Origin: a bacterium
Lineage (GTDB): Bacteria; Actinomycetota; Acidimicrobiia; Spongiisociales; ZC4RG35
DNA: 64,000 nucleotides
Assembly: GCA_028824015.1 (NCBI GenBank)
Contig: JAPPFC010000055.1
Span: 109,083-173,082 of the forward strand
Reading direction: 5' to 3'
This document shows, piece after piece, positions 18,376 through 28,866 of the stretch. The notes beneath the pieces were generated by a model, which was given only the letters and a program-made list of their open reading frames with translations, had not been told where the DNA came from and did no database searches. Within the stretch, counting starts at the first letter, position 1. Each line of letters begins with the position of its first letter. The position numbers were made by a program, and so were the translations under genes.

Positions 18376-19149
18376 ATGGAGTGCGGATACGAGTTGGTCG
18401 GCGAAGTGGCGGTGTTGACCCTTCGCCGTCCCTCCCGTTACAACGCGATCACCCTGCCGATGGCCCGGGAACTCACCCGGGCGATAAGACGAGCGGGAAC
18501 CGAAGCCCGGGCGGCGGTGATCACCGGTGAGGGCCGGGCGTTTTGCGCCGGTGCGGACCTCATGAGACTCACCAAGGAAATCGAGGGGGACGAGGATCTC
18601 GAGACCATCCTTCACAGCCATTTTCATCCCCTTATAAACGCCCTTTGGGAGTCGGATATCCCCACTCTGGCGGCGATCAACGGGCCGGCCGCCGGAGCGG
18701 GAATGGGTATCGCCCTGTGCTGCGATCTACGAGTGATGGATCCGGAGTCCTATTTCATGAGCGCTTTCATCCACCTGGGTCTCACTCCCGACTCGGGCAC
18801 GGCTTGGGTGCTGCCGCGGATGGTGGGACTGGGAAGGGCGATGGAGATCGTCATGTCCGGGAGAAAGGTGTCCGCACAGGAATCCTTCGACATCGGGCTC
18901 TGCAACAAGGTGTCCGCCTCCGGCCAGGCCCTCGCCCAAGCCTTGGAGTGGGCGGAACGGCTCTGCGACGGGCCAACCTCCGCCTATGGCGCCAATCGAC
19001 GGCTCCTCTATGAGACCGCGGCGCTGGGGTTTGCAGAAGGGCTGGCCGCCGAAGCCGTCAGCCAGGGTCGCCTGGGCGAAACGGCGCTCTTCGGTAAGGG
19101 TGTGGCGGCTTTCAGGGAGAAGCGAAAGGCCGATTTCCGCTCCCTGTAG
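18376..19149 (+). CDS. Enoyl-CoA hydratase/isomerase (PaaG-like)
   Basis: TGEGRAFCAGADL, AAINGPAAGAG, CDLRV, GLTPDSG, FREKRKADF. Confidence 0.92.
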   Translation: MECGYELVGEVAVLTLRRPSRYNAITLPMARELTRAIRRAGTEARAAVITGEGRAFCAGADLMRLTKEIEGDEDLETILHSHFHPLINALWESDIPTLAAINGPAAGAGMGIALCCDLRVMDPESYFMSAFIHLGLTPDSGTAWVLPRMVGLGRAMEIVMSGRKVSAQESFDIGLCNKVSASGQALAQALEWAERLCDGPTSAYGANRRLLYETAALGFAEGLAAEAVSQGRLGETALFGKGVAAFREKRKADFRSL

Positions 19150-19198
19150 GGGACTTGGTCCGGGCTATCTTTGCGGTGGCCCCCTTAAAATAGGTTCG

Positions 19199-19894
19199 AT
19201 GTGTGGCAGGTTCGGCCAGGCCCGGGGCCCCGATTACTACGGGGAGTACCTGGAAGCCGACGAGATGGTCCCGGAACCTCTGCCTCCCAACTGGAATGTG
19301 GCCCCCACCGATCCCGTCTATGCCTTCCGCCACCGCAAGGGAAGCTTGCGCCTCGAGACCATGCGCTGGGGACTGGTCCCCCATTGGGCCCCGGATCTGA
19401 AGACCTTCCACATCAATGCTCGGTCGGAAACCCTGCGTGATAAACCCCTGTTCCGGGTCGGTCTGACCCGGCGTCGATGCCTGATCCCCGCTGACGGCTT
19501 CTACGAGTGGACTTCCCGTTCGAGAGGTCACGTTCCCTACTGGTTCTTCCGCGCCGACGGAGATCCCCTCCTCTTCGCCGGCCTCTGGGGGGTGCGACGC
19601 CATCCGGTGGACGGGGAATGGCTGGTGTCCTGTTCGATAATCACTGCCCAATCGGAAGGCCCCATCGCCGCCGTCCATCACCGAATGCCGGTGGCGCTGC
19701 CCCCGGACCGCTGGGGGCCCTGGCTGGATCCCGACCTGGACGACGGGGTCGCCGCCCAGGACCTTCTGGTGGGGCCCGAGACCGGAGGATGGGCCACCCA
19801 CCCGGTTACGCGTCGGGTCAACAAGGTGAGCAACAACGACCCCACCCTCATCCAGCCGGTCTCCTACCCGGCCGCGCCCACACTGGAAATGTAG
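19199..19894 (+). CDS. SOS response-associated peptidase (SRAP/YedK/HMCES abasic-site protein)
   Basis: N-terminal MCGRF, NVAPT, RWGLVP, INARSET, RCLIPADGFYEW, HHRMPV. Confidence 0.95.
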   Translation: MCGRFGQARGPDYYGEYLEADEMVPEPLPPNWNVAPTDPVYAFRHRKGSLRLETMRWGLVPHWAPDLKTFHINARSETLRDKPLFRVGLTRRRCLIPADGFYEWTSRSRGHVPYWFFRADGDPLLFAGLWGVRRHPVDGEWLVSCSIITAQSEGPIAAVHHRMPVALPPDRWGPWLDPDLDDGVAAQDLLVGPETGGWATHPVTRRVNKVSNNDPTLIQPVSYPAAPTLEM

Positions 19895-19911
19895 AGCAGG
19901 CCGCAGTCACG

Positions 19912-20796
19912 ATGACTGGAGCGATGATCGGTGACGCGATCTGGCTGTTCGTGGAACTGCTGGCCCTGTTCATTGGGGTCTCCTTCGCCCTGAACCTGCT
20001 ACAGCGCCGGCTGGGGAACGCCCGTCTCAAGACGCTGATGGGCGCCAGTCCCCTGAAGGCGGCCCTGAGAGGAATCGCGGTGGGGTTCATTACACCATTC
20101 TGCACGTATTCGGCAATCCCGGTTCTGGTCGCCCTCCGGCAGGCGGGCGTAACAGCCGCCGGGTACGTGGCCTTCGTCGTTGCGGCGCCGGTGCTCGATC
20201 CGATTCTCTTCGGAGCGCTGCTGATCATCGTGGGGTGGAAAGCTGCTCTCATCTACCTGGGGGTGGCATTTGCGGCCGCGCTCGGCTTGGCGCTGGCGGC
20301 GGAGAGAGTGCATCTGGAACGCTTCATGAAGCCGCTTCCGGTGGCCGCCGGATCGGCCGACTCGACGCCCTGGGCGGGCATCGGTCTCGAGTGGCGTCCG
20401 GCCTGGAAGGCCTCCCGGGCCTTGCTCCGAACCATGTTGCCCCTGCTGGTGGTTGGGGTGGGGATCGGCCTGGCGATCACCGTCTTCCTTCCCGCGGAGA
20501 CCGTCGCCCGCATCCCGGTGCTGGCCGGCGATAGCGCCATCCTCGCCGCGGCCGCGGTCGGGACCTTCTTCTATGTCAACACCGAGATATTCGTGCCGAT
20601 CGCCGACGCCCTCCGGGCGGCGGGAATCGGGATGGGCGCCATAGTCGCCCTCACCATCGCCGGCGCCGGGTTCAACATCCCCGAATTCGTAATCCTGAGC
20701 AAACTGGCCGGCAAGGGAATTCTGGCCGCATTCGGTCTGTACGTGTTCGGGGTGGCGGTGGTGGGCGGGCTGATCGCCCAGATGCTCGTTGGTTAG
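19912..20796 (+). CDS. Permease (DUF318/ArsP-like)
   Basis: TPFCTYSAIP motif, many TM helices, two-fold internal repeat. Confidence 0.8.
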   Translation: MTGAMIGDAIWLFVELLALFIGVSFALNLLQRRLGNARLKTLMGASPLKAALRGIAVGFITPFCTYSAIPVLVALRQAGVTAAGYVAFVVAAPVLDPILFGALLIIVGWKAALIYLGVAFAAALGLALAAERVHLERFMKPLPVAAGSADSTPWAGIGLEWRPAWKASRALLRTMLPLLVVGVGIGLAITVFLPAETVARIPVLAGDSAILAAAAVGTFFYVNTEIFVPIADALRAAGIGMGAIVALTIAGAGFNIPEFVILSKLAGKGILAAFGLYVFGVAVVGGLIAQMLVG

Positions 20797-20797
20797 C

Positions 20798-21352
20798 TCA
20801 GGGCTGTCTTCCCACCAGCGCCAGGTAACGATCGACGATCGAGGCGTCCTCGGGGACCTGGACCGGGGGGCCAATCCGCCCGGTCCTGCGGAACATCTCG
20901 GCTCTTCCGCCGATCAGGTCATAGCTGATCCGGCACAACTCGGGGGGCAGATTCACCTCCACACCGGTCGCGGTCGCGATATCCCAGGCGTGAGTCAAGG
21001 GGTCCCATTGAACGAAGGAGACGAACGTGGCCATGTCCATCCTCCCGAACCAGTACTTGTCCTCCCGTTCCAGCACGCCCGGTTGACCAAGTGCCGCAAC
21101 CAAGGGACCCCTGGTCTCCTCCCACCGGGCCAAGGGATCCTCGACAGGCGCGGGCTTCCCCGGCCTGGCCCACTCCCCCGTCCGGGCTATGGAAGCCAAG
21201 GCATCCAGCACCGCGCATTGATGCGCCAGCACATCCCGCGCCGTCCAACCCTCGCACACCGAGTCGTTGTCCCAGGCATCGGACGGCACCTTCCGGCAAA
21301 CCGCGTCGAATAGGTCCACGGCTGCCAGGAAGTTCTCGAGCTTCTGGTTCAT
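20798..21352 (-). CDS. TIGR03086/maleylpyruvate-isomerase-N (DinB-like) metal-binding protein
   Basis: SVCEGWTARDVLAH, HAWDIATATG, LALVGR motifs. Confidence 0.82.
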   Translation of the reverse strand: MNQKLENFLAAVDLFDAVCRKVPSDAWDNDSVCEGWTARDVLAHQCAVLDALASIARTGEWARPGKPAPVEDPLARWEETRGPLVAALGQPGVLEREDKYWFGRMDMATFVSFVQWDPLTHAWDIATATGVEVNLPPELCRISYDLIGGRAEMFRRTGRIGPPVQVPEDASIVDRYLALVGRQP

Positions 21353-21568
21353 GCCGAGATTGATGGTACCCCGGGCGTAGAGGCCCATTGGAGCCCTTTG
21401 GGCCCGGCGCCTGAAAGCAGACCGGGACAGCCGCCATCCCCCGGATCCCTGGTTGCCAGGTCTCAACCCCGGCTCCGGAGCGGGTTATGCTCCGGGACGG
21501 GAGAACCGCAAGCCGGGTACTGAAGGCATCCCGGGCTACGAAACCCGCCATCCAAACCGAGCCGACAG

Positions 21569-23371
21569 ATGTCCAACCACGAGACCAACGAACCGACCTC
21601 CGGCGGACCATTCCCGGGGCCGCGGACGAGCCGTCCGGTCATCTCCGGGACCCGCGGGATCATCTCGAGCGGCCACTACCTGACGTCCATGGCGGGGATG
21701 CGCATGATGGTGTCGGGAGGCAACGCCTTCGATGCGGTGGCGGCGGGCGTATTCGCGGGTGTGGTGGTCGAACCGACCGCCGCCTGTTCCCTCGCCGCCG
21801 AGAGCGTCTTCATGCTCTACGACGCCCGCTCGGGGGACCTCAAGTCACTGAGCGGCCAAGGGGTGGCCCCGGGCAGGGCCACGGCCGAGTTCTACCGCTC
21901 CAACGGACTTGACGTAATCCCCACCGGTCCCGGTCCTTTGGCTCCCCTGTCGTTCACCGTGCCCGGCGTCGTACACGCCACGATCTCGATGCTCTCCAGG
22001 TACGGGACCAAGAGCCTCAGCGAGGTGATGGCGCCGGCCATCCAATACGCGGAGGAAGGGGTCCCCCATTACCGGCAGATGATCGACTTCCTGGGGCTGG
22101 AACCCACCATCCGCCAATTCCGGCTCTTCCCCCCCGGCGGGTCGGAGGTCTTCTATGACGGGGGCAGGTTGCCGGAGGAGGGGTCGCTGTTCTTCCAACC
22201 CGGCCTGGCCGAGACATTGAGATCGTTGGCGGCCGCAGAGGCGGCGTCCAAGGGCTCCCGGTCGGATCGACTGCGCGCCGGGATCGACGAGTTCTACCGC
22301 GGGAGGGTCGCCAGGCAGATCGCCGACGCGTCGGCGAGTGTCGGCGGGGTCCTCGGGTACGAGGATCTCACCGCCTACCGGTCGCAGTTCGAAGAACCCC
22401 TCCGCACCACCTTCTCGGGCTACGAGATCTGCGGGCAGAGGACCTGGTCGCAGGCAGGCATTCTCCTCCAGACCCTGAACATGCTCGAACACTTCGACCT
22501 GCGCGCCATGGGCCACAACACCCCGGCTTACATCCATACCGTCATCGAGGCCCTGAAGCTTTCCATGGCGGACCGCCAGACCTTTTACGGCGATCCTGAC
22601 TTCGCCGACGTGCCGACGGACCAACTCCTGTCCAAGGATTACGCGGCGGCCCGGGCCGCCCTGATCGACCCCAACGGGGCCGTCCCCGAGTTGCCGCCGC
22701 CGGGTAATCCCCGGGGTGGGGGCCCCCTAACGGAGAGGCCGGTGACCGGAGGCATCCCGGCCGGCGGATCAAGCGGCAAGCTCGGCCAGGCCGGGGGCAC
22801 CACCCATGTCGCCGCCATCGATCGGGCCGGGAACATGGCCTGCGCCACGCCCAGCGGCGGCTCATTCGAGAAGTCGGTCTTCTTCCCGGAGTTGGGATGC
22901 GCCCTCAGCACCCGTTCGGAGGTATTCAACCTGTCGTCAGGCCACCCGAACGTCGTCGAGCCCGGTAAGCGGCCCAGGACCACGCTGGTCAATTACATCG
23001 CCGTCAAGGATGGCGTGCCACAGATGACCTTCGGTTGTCCGGGTGGAGACCACCAGACCCAGGCCAACCTCCAACTGATGCTGAACACGTTCATCTTCGG
23101 CATGAACCCCCAAGAAGCCATCGAGGCGCCGCGCTTCGCCACCGACAGTGTCCCCGACTCCTTCTACCCCCACAACTACTATCCCGGCAGGCTGTCGCTG
23201 GAAGCAGGTATTCCGAGCGGTACGGCCGGGACCCTGGAGCGGTTGGGTCACAGAGTGGTGAGAGCGGAGGTGTGCGGGGTGGGCGCCACCGTTACCCACC
23301 GCGATCCGGAGTCGGGTGTCCTCAGTACCGGGGGAGACCCCAGGCGGCCCTGCTACGCGTTGAGCTGGTAG
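21569..23371 (+). CDS. ggt: Gamma-glutamyltransferase family protein
   Basis: GGNAFDA, TVPG, FYRG, ADR..YGDP, catalytic TTH, PGKRPRTT, PGGDHQ, GDPRR. Confidence 0.92.
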   Translation: MSNHETNEPTSGGPFPGPRTSRPVISGTRGIISSGHYLTSMAGMRMMVSGGNAFDAVAAGVFAGVVVEPTAACSLAAESVFMLYDARSGDLKSLSGQGVAPGRATAEFYRSNGLDVIPTGPGPLAPLSFTVPGVVHATISMLSRYGTKSLSEVMAPAIQYAEEGVPHYRQMIDFLGLEPTIRQFRLFPPGGSEVFYDGGRLPEEGSLFFQPGLAETLRSLAAAEAASKGSRSDRLRAGIDEFYRGRVARQIADASASVGGVLGYEDLTAYRSQFEEPLRTTFSGYEICGQRTWSQAGILLQTLNMLEHFDLRAMGHNTPAYIHTVIEALKLSMADRQTFYGDPDFADVPTDQLLSKDYAAARAALIDPNGAVPELPPPGNPRGGGPLTERPVTGGIPAGGSSGKLGQAGGTTHVAAIDRAGNMACATPSGGSFEKSVFFPELGCALSTRSEVFNLSSGHPNVVEPGKRPRTTLVNYIAVKDGVPQMTFGCPGGDHQTQANLQLMLNTFIFGMNPQEAIEAPRFATDSVPDSFYPHNYYPGRLSLEAGIPSGTAGTLERLGHRVVRAEVCGVGATVTHRDPESGVLSTGGDPRRPCYALSW

Positions 23372-23471
23372 ACGTCAAGGTGGTCACCAGGGACCAAGCC
23401 CTGGTTCAGCCCCTCCCCTCCCCGGTGCCCGGACTGCCGGCGGTCACGACCACCTGGCGGTCCGGTGGGAA

Positions 23472-23714
23472 TCAGCTCCCCAGTTTTGTCCTTATCAGCG
23501 CGGCTGCCTCGCCCACGGTGGTGATCTGTTCGGCTTCCTCGTCCGGGATCTCCACCCCGAACTCGTCCTCCAGCGCCATCAGCAACTCCACCACGCCGAG
23601 CGAATCGACATCCAGGTCTTCCTCGAAATTGGCGTCAGGGTGCAGCTTGTCCTCTTCGAGATCCAATTCCTCAACCAGAATCCTCTTTAACCTGCCGTCG
23701 ATGTCCGCGCTCAT
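23472..23714 (-). CDS. acpP: Acyl carrier protein
   Basis: DLDVDSLGVVELLMALEDEFGVEIPDEEA. Confidence 0.96.
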   Translation of the reverse strand: MSADIDGRLKRILVEELDLEEDKLHPDANFEEDLDVDSLGVVELLMALEDEFGVEIPDEEAEQITTVGEAAALIRTKLGS

Positions 23715-23822
23715 AGCTTCCCTTTCCTTCGTTTGGCTACCAGACTTGTTCCAGCCGACCTATTGGACGGCGCGGGCGGGGTGTGGGTTACCTTTCCAAC
23801 GCAATAGGGTACGAAACTCCTC

Positions 23823-24557
23823 TCAGAGCGCCAAGCCCCCGTCCACCTGCCAAACCTGGCCGGTCACGTACGAGGCGGCTTCAGACCCCAGGAAGCCCAC
23901 CACATTGGCCACCTCGGCAGGGTCTCCCACCCTGCCCAGGGCCGCCCCGGACGCGGTGGCCTCCGCAGCCGTGGCGCCCAGGGGAGCGGTCATGTCGGTG
24001 GCAATGAACCCCGGCGCCACCACATTGACCGTGATACCCCGGGATCCGACCTCACGCGCCACCGATTTGGCGAATCCGATCAACCCCGCCTTCGAGGCGG
24101 CGTAATTGGACTGACCGGGGTTGCCGCTCACCCCGGCCACGGAACTGATGCATATCACCCTCCCCCACCTGGCGCGCAGCATCCCCCGCAGGGCCGCCTT
24201 CGTGCACAGATAGGCCGAGCGAAGATTGACCGCCAGGACCTCATCGAACTGCTCGGGGCTCATGCGAGCCAACAATCCATCCCTGGTTATCCCGGCGTTG
24301 TTGACCAGGATCCCCACCGGACCCAGGGCCTGCTTCGCCTCGTCGAACATCCGCTTCACCTGGTCGGCATCCGAGACGTCGGCGCCGATCGCCACAGCTT
24401 CCCCCCCTGCCCCCCGGATAGCCCGCACCACCTCAGCGGCGGCATCGGAGCGTCGGGCGTAGTTGACCGCCACCCGATAGCCTCGGTCGGCCATCTCCAT
24501 GCAGACCGCCCTGCCGATCCCCCGTGATCCTCCGGTGACCAGGGCGACCCGGCTCAC
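23823..24557 (-). CDS. fabG: 3-oxoacyl-ACP reductase
   Basis: TGGSRGIG, NNAGITRD, YAASK, PGFIATDMT; within fab cluster. Confidence 0.95.
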   Translation of the reverse strand: MSRVALVTGGSRGIGRAVCMEMADRGYRVAVNYARRSDAAAEVVRAIRGAGGEAVAIGADVSDADQVKRMFDEAKQALGPVGILVNNAGITRDGLLARMSPEQFDEVLAVNLRSAYLCTKAALRGMLRARWGRVICISSVAGVSGNPGQSNYAASKAGLIGFAKSVAREVGSRGITVNVVAPGFIATDMTAPLGATAAEATASGAALGRVGDPAEVANVVGFLGSEAASYVTGQVWQVDGGLAL

Positions 24558-25651
24558 TTCATCTTCTCCGGATACCCGTACACCCGGAAATTCGCCTCCA
24601 GCAACTCCATGAGGCTGCGGTCGGTTGGAGGAAGGGAGGCCTCGCTCCGCTCCAGGGGATCGGTGCGCTCTCCCCAGCGAAGCACGGCCGCCCCGGCGGT
24701 CAGCCCACCCCCGAACGCGGCAAACACCACGTTGGCGCCGGGTGAGATGTACCCCTGTTCCAAGGCCTCGACCAGCGCCACCGGGATGGTGGCCGCCGAG
24801 GTGTTCCCGTAGGCGTGGATATTGGTGTAGACCTTCTCGGAAGGAAGCTTCAATCGTTTGGCGGTAGCGTCGATGATCCTCATGTTGGCCTGATGAGGTA
24901 TGAGCAAGTCCACGTCCTCCAGTCCCAGGCCGGCCTCGGCAACCGCCCGGACCGACAGATCCCCCATCGCCACCACCGCGCGGCGGAACACCTCACGCCC
25001 GTTCATGGTGATCCCGCCATGGGGGGCCTCCAGGGAACGGGCCGGCATCCCGCTGAGCCCGTCGTTGGGCACCTCCAGGTAGCCCAGGGCGGAAGAATCC
25101 ATCTGGACTAATCCCGAGAGCAGGCCGTGATCTTCCTCGGTCGGTTCCACGACCACCGCGCCGGCGGCGTCGCCGAACAGGACCGCGGTCGACCGGTCGG
25201 TGAAATCGAGCAGGGCGCTGAGCCGTTCCGTGGCGGCGACCAGCACCCTCGAATGCATGCCTGACTCGATCATCTTGGCGGCGTTTATCAGCGAATAGAC
25301 GAATCCCGAGCAGTTGGCGTTGAGGTCGAAGGCCGCGGTGGGGACCGGCGCGTCCAGCAAACGGTGCACATGAGCCGCCGTCGCGGGAATCACCGAGTCA
25401 GTAGTGCAAGAGGCGACGATGATCAGATCGATCTCCCCGATCTCCCGGCCGGCAGCCGCCAGGGCATGTTCTGACGCCACGGCCGCCATCTCGGACGGCT
25501 CCACGTGGCTGATCCGCCTCTCCTTGATCCCCGAGCGAACCGTAATCCACTCATCGGAGGTGTCGATCATCCGCTCCAGGTCGGCGTTGCTCAACACGGT
25601 GGGGGGGACGCACTTTCCCCATCCGGTTATTGCAGCCCTGGTCATGTTCAC
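24554..25651 (-). CDS. fabH: 3-oxoacyl-ACP synthase III
   Basis: TSDEWI, ANCSGF, LFGD, PHQAN, YGNTSAA, FGGG. Confidence 0.95.
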   Translation of the reverse strand: MNMTRAAITGWGKCVPPTVLSNADLERMIDTSDEWITVRSGIKERRISHVEPSEMAAVASEHALAAAGREIGEIDLIIVASCTTDSVIPATAAHVHRLLDAPVPTAAFDLNANCSGFVYSLINAAKMIESGMHSRVLVAATERLSALLDFTDRSTAVLFGDAAGAVVVEPTEEDHGLLSGLVQMDSSALGYLEVPNDGLSGMPARSLEAPHGGITMNGREVFRRAVVAMGDLSVRAVAEAGLGLEDVDLLIPHQANMRIIDATAKRLKLPSEKVYTNIHAYGNTSAATIPVALVEALEQGYISPGANVVFAAFGGGLTAGAAVLRWGERTDPLERSEASLPPTDRSLMELLEANFRVYGYPEKMK

Positions 25652-26598
25652 TCTCCTCGCGAAAACTCCATGCTAGATATGGACTCCGCGGCCTTGGCCG
25701 CTCCGGCCAGGTCATTTACAGTCAGCACCTTGGCCGAGGGAACCGTCCGCCTGGCCAGACCGGCGGTCACCTTGCCCGGGCCGACATGCACAAAGGCCTC
25801 GACTCCGCGCCCCGCCATGGCCGAAAGGCTCTCGGCGAACCTGACCGGAGAGGAAACCTGGGTCACCAGGGTCTCGGAAATGCGAGCGCTCTCCATCGGC
25901 TCGGCGCTGACGTTCGCGTACACCGGGAAGCGGGCCGGGCGCGACCCCAGACCAACCAGGGCTTCTTCCACCCTGCGGGCGGCCGGCGCCATGAATCCGG
26001 AGTGAAAGGCTCCCGCCACCGGCAGTCGGACCATCCTGCGGATTCCAAGGCTGCGACCCCGGGCTTCGAGCCAGTCGAGATCGGAGGCCCCTCCGGCCAT
26101 CACCACCTGGCCCGGTGCGTTCAGGTTGGCCACCACCAGCCGCCCTCCCTCCCGGCGGCGGACTTCGGCCACCTCCTCGGCAACATCGTCATCCACCCCC
26201 ATCAGCGCCATCATTCCCGAGTCCTCGGCGTCGGCGGCCTCGGCCATCGCCCGGCCTCTTGCCGACACCACGGACAGGGTCTCTTCGTACCCGAACACCC
26301 CGGCGGCGGCCAGCGCGGTGTACTCGCCGAGGGAGTGGCCGGCGGCGGCGAACGGGAGAGAGCAGAGCCGGTCCGAGAGTTCGACCCACAGGGCATAGGA
26401 GAGACAGAAAAGGGCGGGCTGGGCGCGCTCGGTGCGGACCAGTAGCTCCTTGGGGCCCTCCAGGCATAGTTCGCGAAGGGACCACCCCAATAATTCGTTC
26501 ACACGGTCACCCAGAAGATCGGGCCGGGCCTCGAACAGATCGGCGCCCATTCCCACGAACTGGCTGCCCTGGCCGGGAAAGAGGACTGCGTATTTCAC
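25648..26598 (-). CDS. fabD: Malonyl-CoA:ACP transacylase
   Basis: FPGQGSQ, GHSLGEY, GAFHS. Confidence 0.95.
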   Translation of the reverse strand: MKYAVLFPGQGSQFVGMGADLFEARPDLLGDRVNELLGWSLRELCLEGPKELLVRTERAQPALFCLSYALWVELSDRLCSLPFAAAGHSLGEYTALAAAGVFGYEETLSVVSARGRAMAEAADAEDSGMMALMGVDDDVAEEVAEVRRREGGRLVVANLNAPGQVVMAGGASDLDWLEARGRSLGIRRMVRLPVAGAFHSGFMAPAARRVEEALVGLGSRPARFPVYANVSAEPMESARISETLVTQVSSPVRFAESLSAMAGRGVEAFVHVGPGKVTAGLARRTVPSAKVLTVNDLAGAAKAAESISSMEFSRGE

Positions 26599-26642
26599 TG
26601 GTGCTGAGATATGACCCTGCGAGGAAAGCTGCGGTTACCCGG

Positions 26643-27677
26643 TCAACCCGGGGTGAATGCCGCCAGCAGCCGCTCCACATCGGCGTCATTGACGTCACGA
26701 TGGGTCACCAGCCGCACAGTTCCGGCAAGAGGATCCCTGACGATCACCCCCGACTCCTTCAATCGGGCGCGGACCGGCGCCCATCCTCCCCGCAGTCTTC
26801 CCACATCCACCCGCACCATGTTCGTCTCGGTCGTCTCCGGATCCACGGCTCCCGGATGACGGTCGGCCAGGCCCCAGGCCATGCGCGACGCCAGTTCATG
26901 GTCGGCAGAGAGCCGGGACCAGTCCCGGAGGGCGATACGCGCCGGGGCTGCGATTATGCCGGCCTGCCTCATCGCTCCTCCCAGCCTCTTTCGGAGGTAA
27001 CGCGCCTCGGCCACCAGGTCAGCCGAACCGCACAGAATGGACCCCACCGGCGCCCCCAGGCCCTTGGAGAAGCAGAACTGCACCGTGTCCACCCCCTCGG
27101 CGAGCCGGGCAGGCGGATCTCCTGAGGCCACCGCCGCGTTGAACACCCGCGCCCCGTCGAGGTGGATGGAAAGGCCGTGCCGGCGGGCCGCCCGATTGCT
27201 GTCCGCCATCACGTCGGCTGGTATCACCCTTCCTCCGGACATGTTGTGGGTGTTCTCCCACACCATCAGTCCGATACGTGGGAAGAGGCTGCCCGCCAAC
27301 TGCATGGCATTGTCGATGTGTTCAGGGGTGATGCGTCCGGCGTCCACGTCCATCGTTCGAAAGGCCACGCCCGACAGGGCGGCGCCCGCGCCCGCTTCGA
27401 TATTGCGCAGATGGGTCCCGGCGTCGCAGAGCACGTCTTCCCCCCTCCGGGTCTGGAGCATTATCCCCAGTTGGTTGCCCATCGTGCCGGTGGGGGTGAG
27501 CACCGCCGCCTCCTGGCCGATGATGGAAGCCGCCTCTTCCTCCAGGGCGTTGACCGTTGGATCGTCGCGGTAGACATCGTCTCCCACCATCGCTTCCGCC
27601 ATGGCGCGCCGCATCTCCGGGGTGGGCCTGGTGACGGTGTCGGAGCGAAAGTCGGCGGTTCCGTCGGGAAATGCCAC
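26643..27677 (-). CDS. ltaE: Low-specificity L-threonine aldolase
   Basis: DFRSDTVT, GDDVY, TGTMGN, ENTHN, HLDGAR, CFSKGLGAPVGS. Confidence 0.93.
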   Translation of the reverse strand: MAFPDGTADFRSDTVTRPTPEMRRAMAEAMVGDDVYRDDPTVNALEEEAASIIGQEAAVLTPTGTMGNQLGIMLQTRRGEDVLCDAGTHLRNIEAGAGAALSGVAFRTMDVDAGRITPEHIDNAMQLAGSLFPRIGLMVWENTHNMSGGRVIPADVMADSNRAARRHGLSIHLDGARVFNAAVASGDPPARLAEGVDTVQFCFSKGLGAPVGSILCGSADLVAEARYLRKRLGGAMRQAGIIAAPARIALRDWSRLSADHELASRMAWGLADRHPGAVDPETTETNMVRVDVGRLRGGWAPVRARLKESGVIVRDPLAGTVRLVTHRDVNDADVERLLAAFTPG

Positions 27678-27680
27678 TGA

Positions 27681-28853
27681 TCAGAGCAGCTCGAGCGTTC
27701 GGCGCAAACCGGTGACCGCCTGGCCAATCCTCTGGCGGTTCTCGACCAGGGCGAAACGGACGTGCCCGTCGCCGCTGGGGCCGAATCCGATTCCCGGACT
27801 GACCGCCACCTTCGCCTCCCGCAGGAGGTGCAGGGCAAACTCCACCGATCCCATCTCCGCGTAGGGCTCGGGTATCGGCGCCCAAACGAACATCGTGCCG
27901 TGGGGCTTCAGTACTTTCCAGCCGGAGTTGTTCAGGCCATCCACCAGGGCATCGCGCCTGTCGCCGTAGATCGCTCTCACCTCCTCGACATACCCGTCCC
28001 CGGAGTTGAGAGCGACGATGGTGGCGATCTGGATCGGCTGGAAGGTCCCGTAGTCGAGGTAGGACTTGAGCTTGGTCAGGGCCGCCACCGCAGGAGCGTT
28101 GCCCAGTACGAATCCCATCCGCCATCCCGCCATGGAATGGCCCTTGGTCATGCTGTACAACTCAACCCCCACCTCCGCGGCGCCCTCCACCTGCAGGAGC
28201 GAGGGCGGCTGATAACCGTCATAGTGCATGTCGGCGTACGCGAAGTCATGGACAATGAACACGCCGTGGTGATGGGCGAACGCCACCAAACGCTCGAAGA
28301 AGGACAGTTCGATGCAGGTGGTGGTGGGATTGTGGGGAAAGGAGACGATGATCACCCTCGGCTTTGGCCAGGTGGAGCGATAAAGCACTTCCAGTCGTTC
28401 GAAGTACTCCGACTCCGAAACCACCGGAAGGCGAACGATGTCGGAACCGGCCAGAATCGGTGCGTAGATGTGGATGGGATAGGAGGGTTCCGGCACCACC
28501 GTGGTGTCCCCCGAGTCGACCAGGGTCCACAAGAGGTGGGACAGTCCCTCTTTGGCGCCGATCGTGGCCACCGCCTGCGTCTCCGGATCGAGCGAGACCC
28601 CGAAGCGTCGTTGGTACCGATCGGTGATGGCCTGGCGGAGATTCGGCAGCCCACGCGAGGCGGAGTAACGGTGGTTCTTACCCTTGTTGGCGGCCTCGAT
28701 CAACTTGTCCACCACAAAAGGCGGCGATGGCAGGTCGGGGTTGCCGAAGCCGAGGTCCACAACGTCCTCCCCGGCGCGGCGGGCAGCCACCTTTGCCTGG
28801 TCCACCTGAGCGAAAACGTAAGGTGGAAGATTGTGAATGCGCCTGAATTCCAT
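27681..28853 (-). CDS. Class I/II PLP aminotransferase (AlaC/YfdZ-like)
   Basis: LPPYVF, DLGFGNPD, HDFAY, YSMTKGHSMAGWRMG, KSYLDYG. Confidence 0.88.
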   Translation of the reverse strand: MEFRRIHNLPPYVFAQVDQAKVAARRAGEDVVDLGFGNPDLPSPPFVVDKLIEAANKGKNHRYSASRGLPNLRQAITDRYQRRFGVSLDPETQAVATIGAKEGLSHLLWTLVDSGDTTVVPEPSYPIHIYAPILAGSDIVRLPVVSESEYFERLEVLYRSTWPKPRVIIVSFPHNPTTTCIELSFFERLVAFAHHHGVFIVHDFAYADMHYDGYQPPSLLQVEGAAEVGVELYSMTKGHSMAGWRMGFVLGNAPAVAALTKLKSYLDYGTFQPIQIATIVALNSGDGYVEEVRAIYGDRRDALVDGLNNSGWKVLKPHGTMFVWAPIPEPYAEMGSVEFALHLLREAKVAVSPGIGFGPSGDGHVRFALVENRQRIGQAVTGLRRTLELL

Positions 28854-28866
28854 ACTCGCCAGGGTA

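Noticed and set aside
21480-21568. Riboswitch upstream of ggt (GGGAGA...CTGAAGG)
   Set aside because: Only fragments resemble a glycine aptamer; the conserved CTCAGG element is absent
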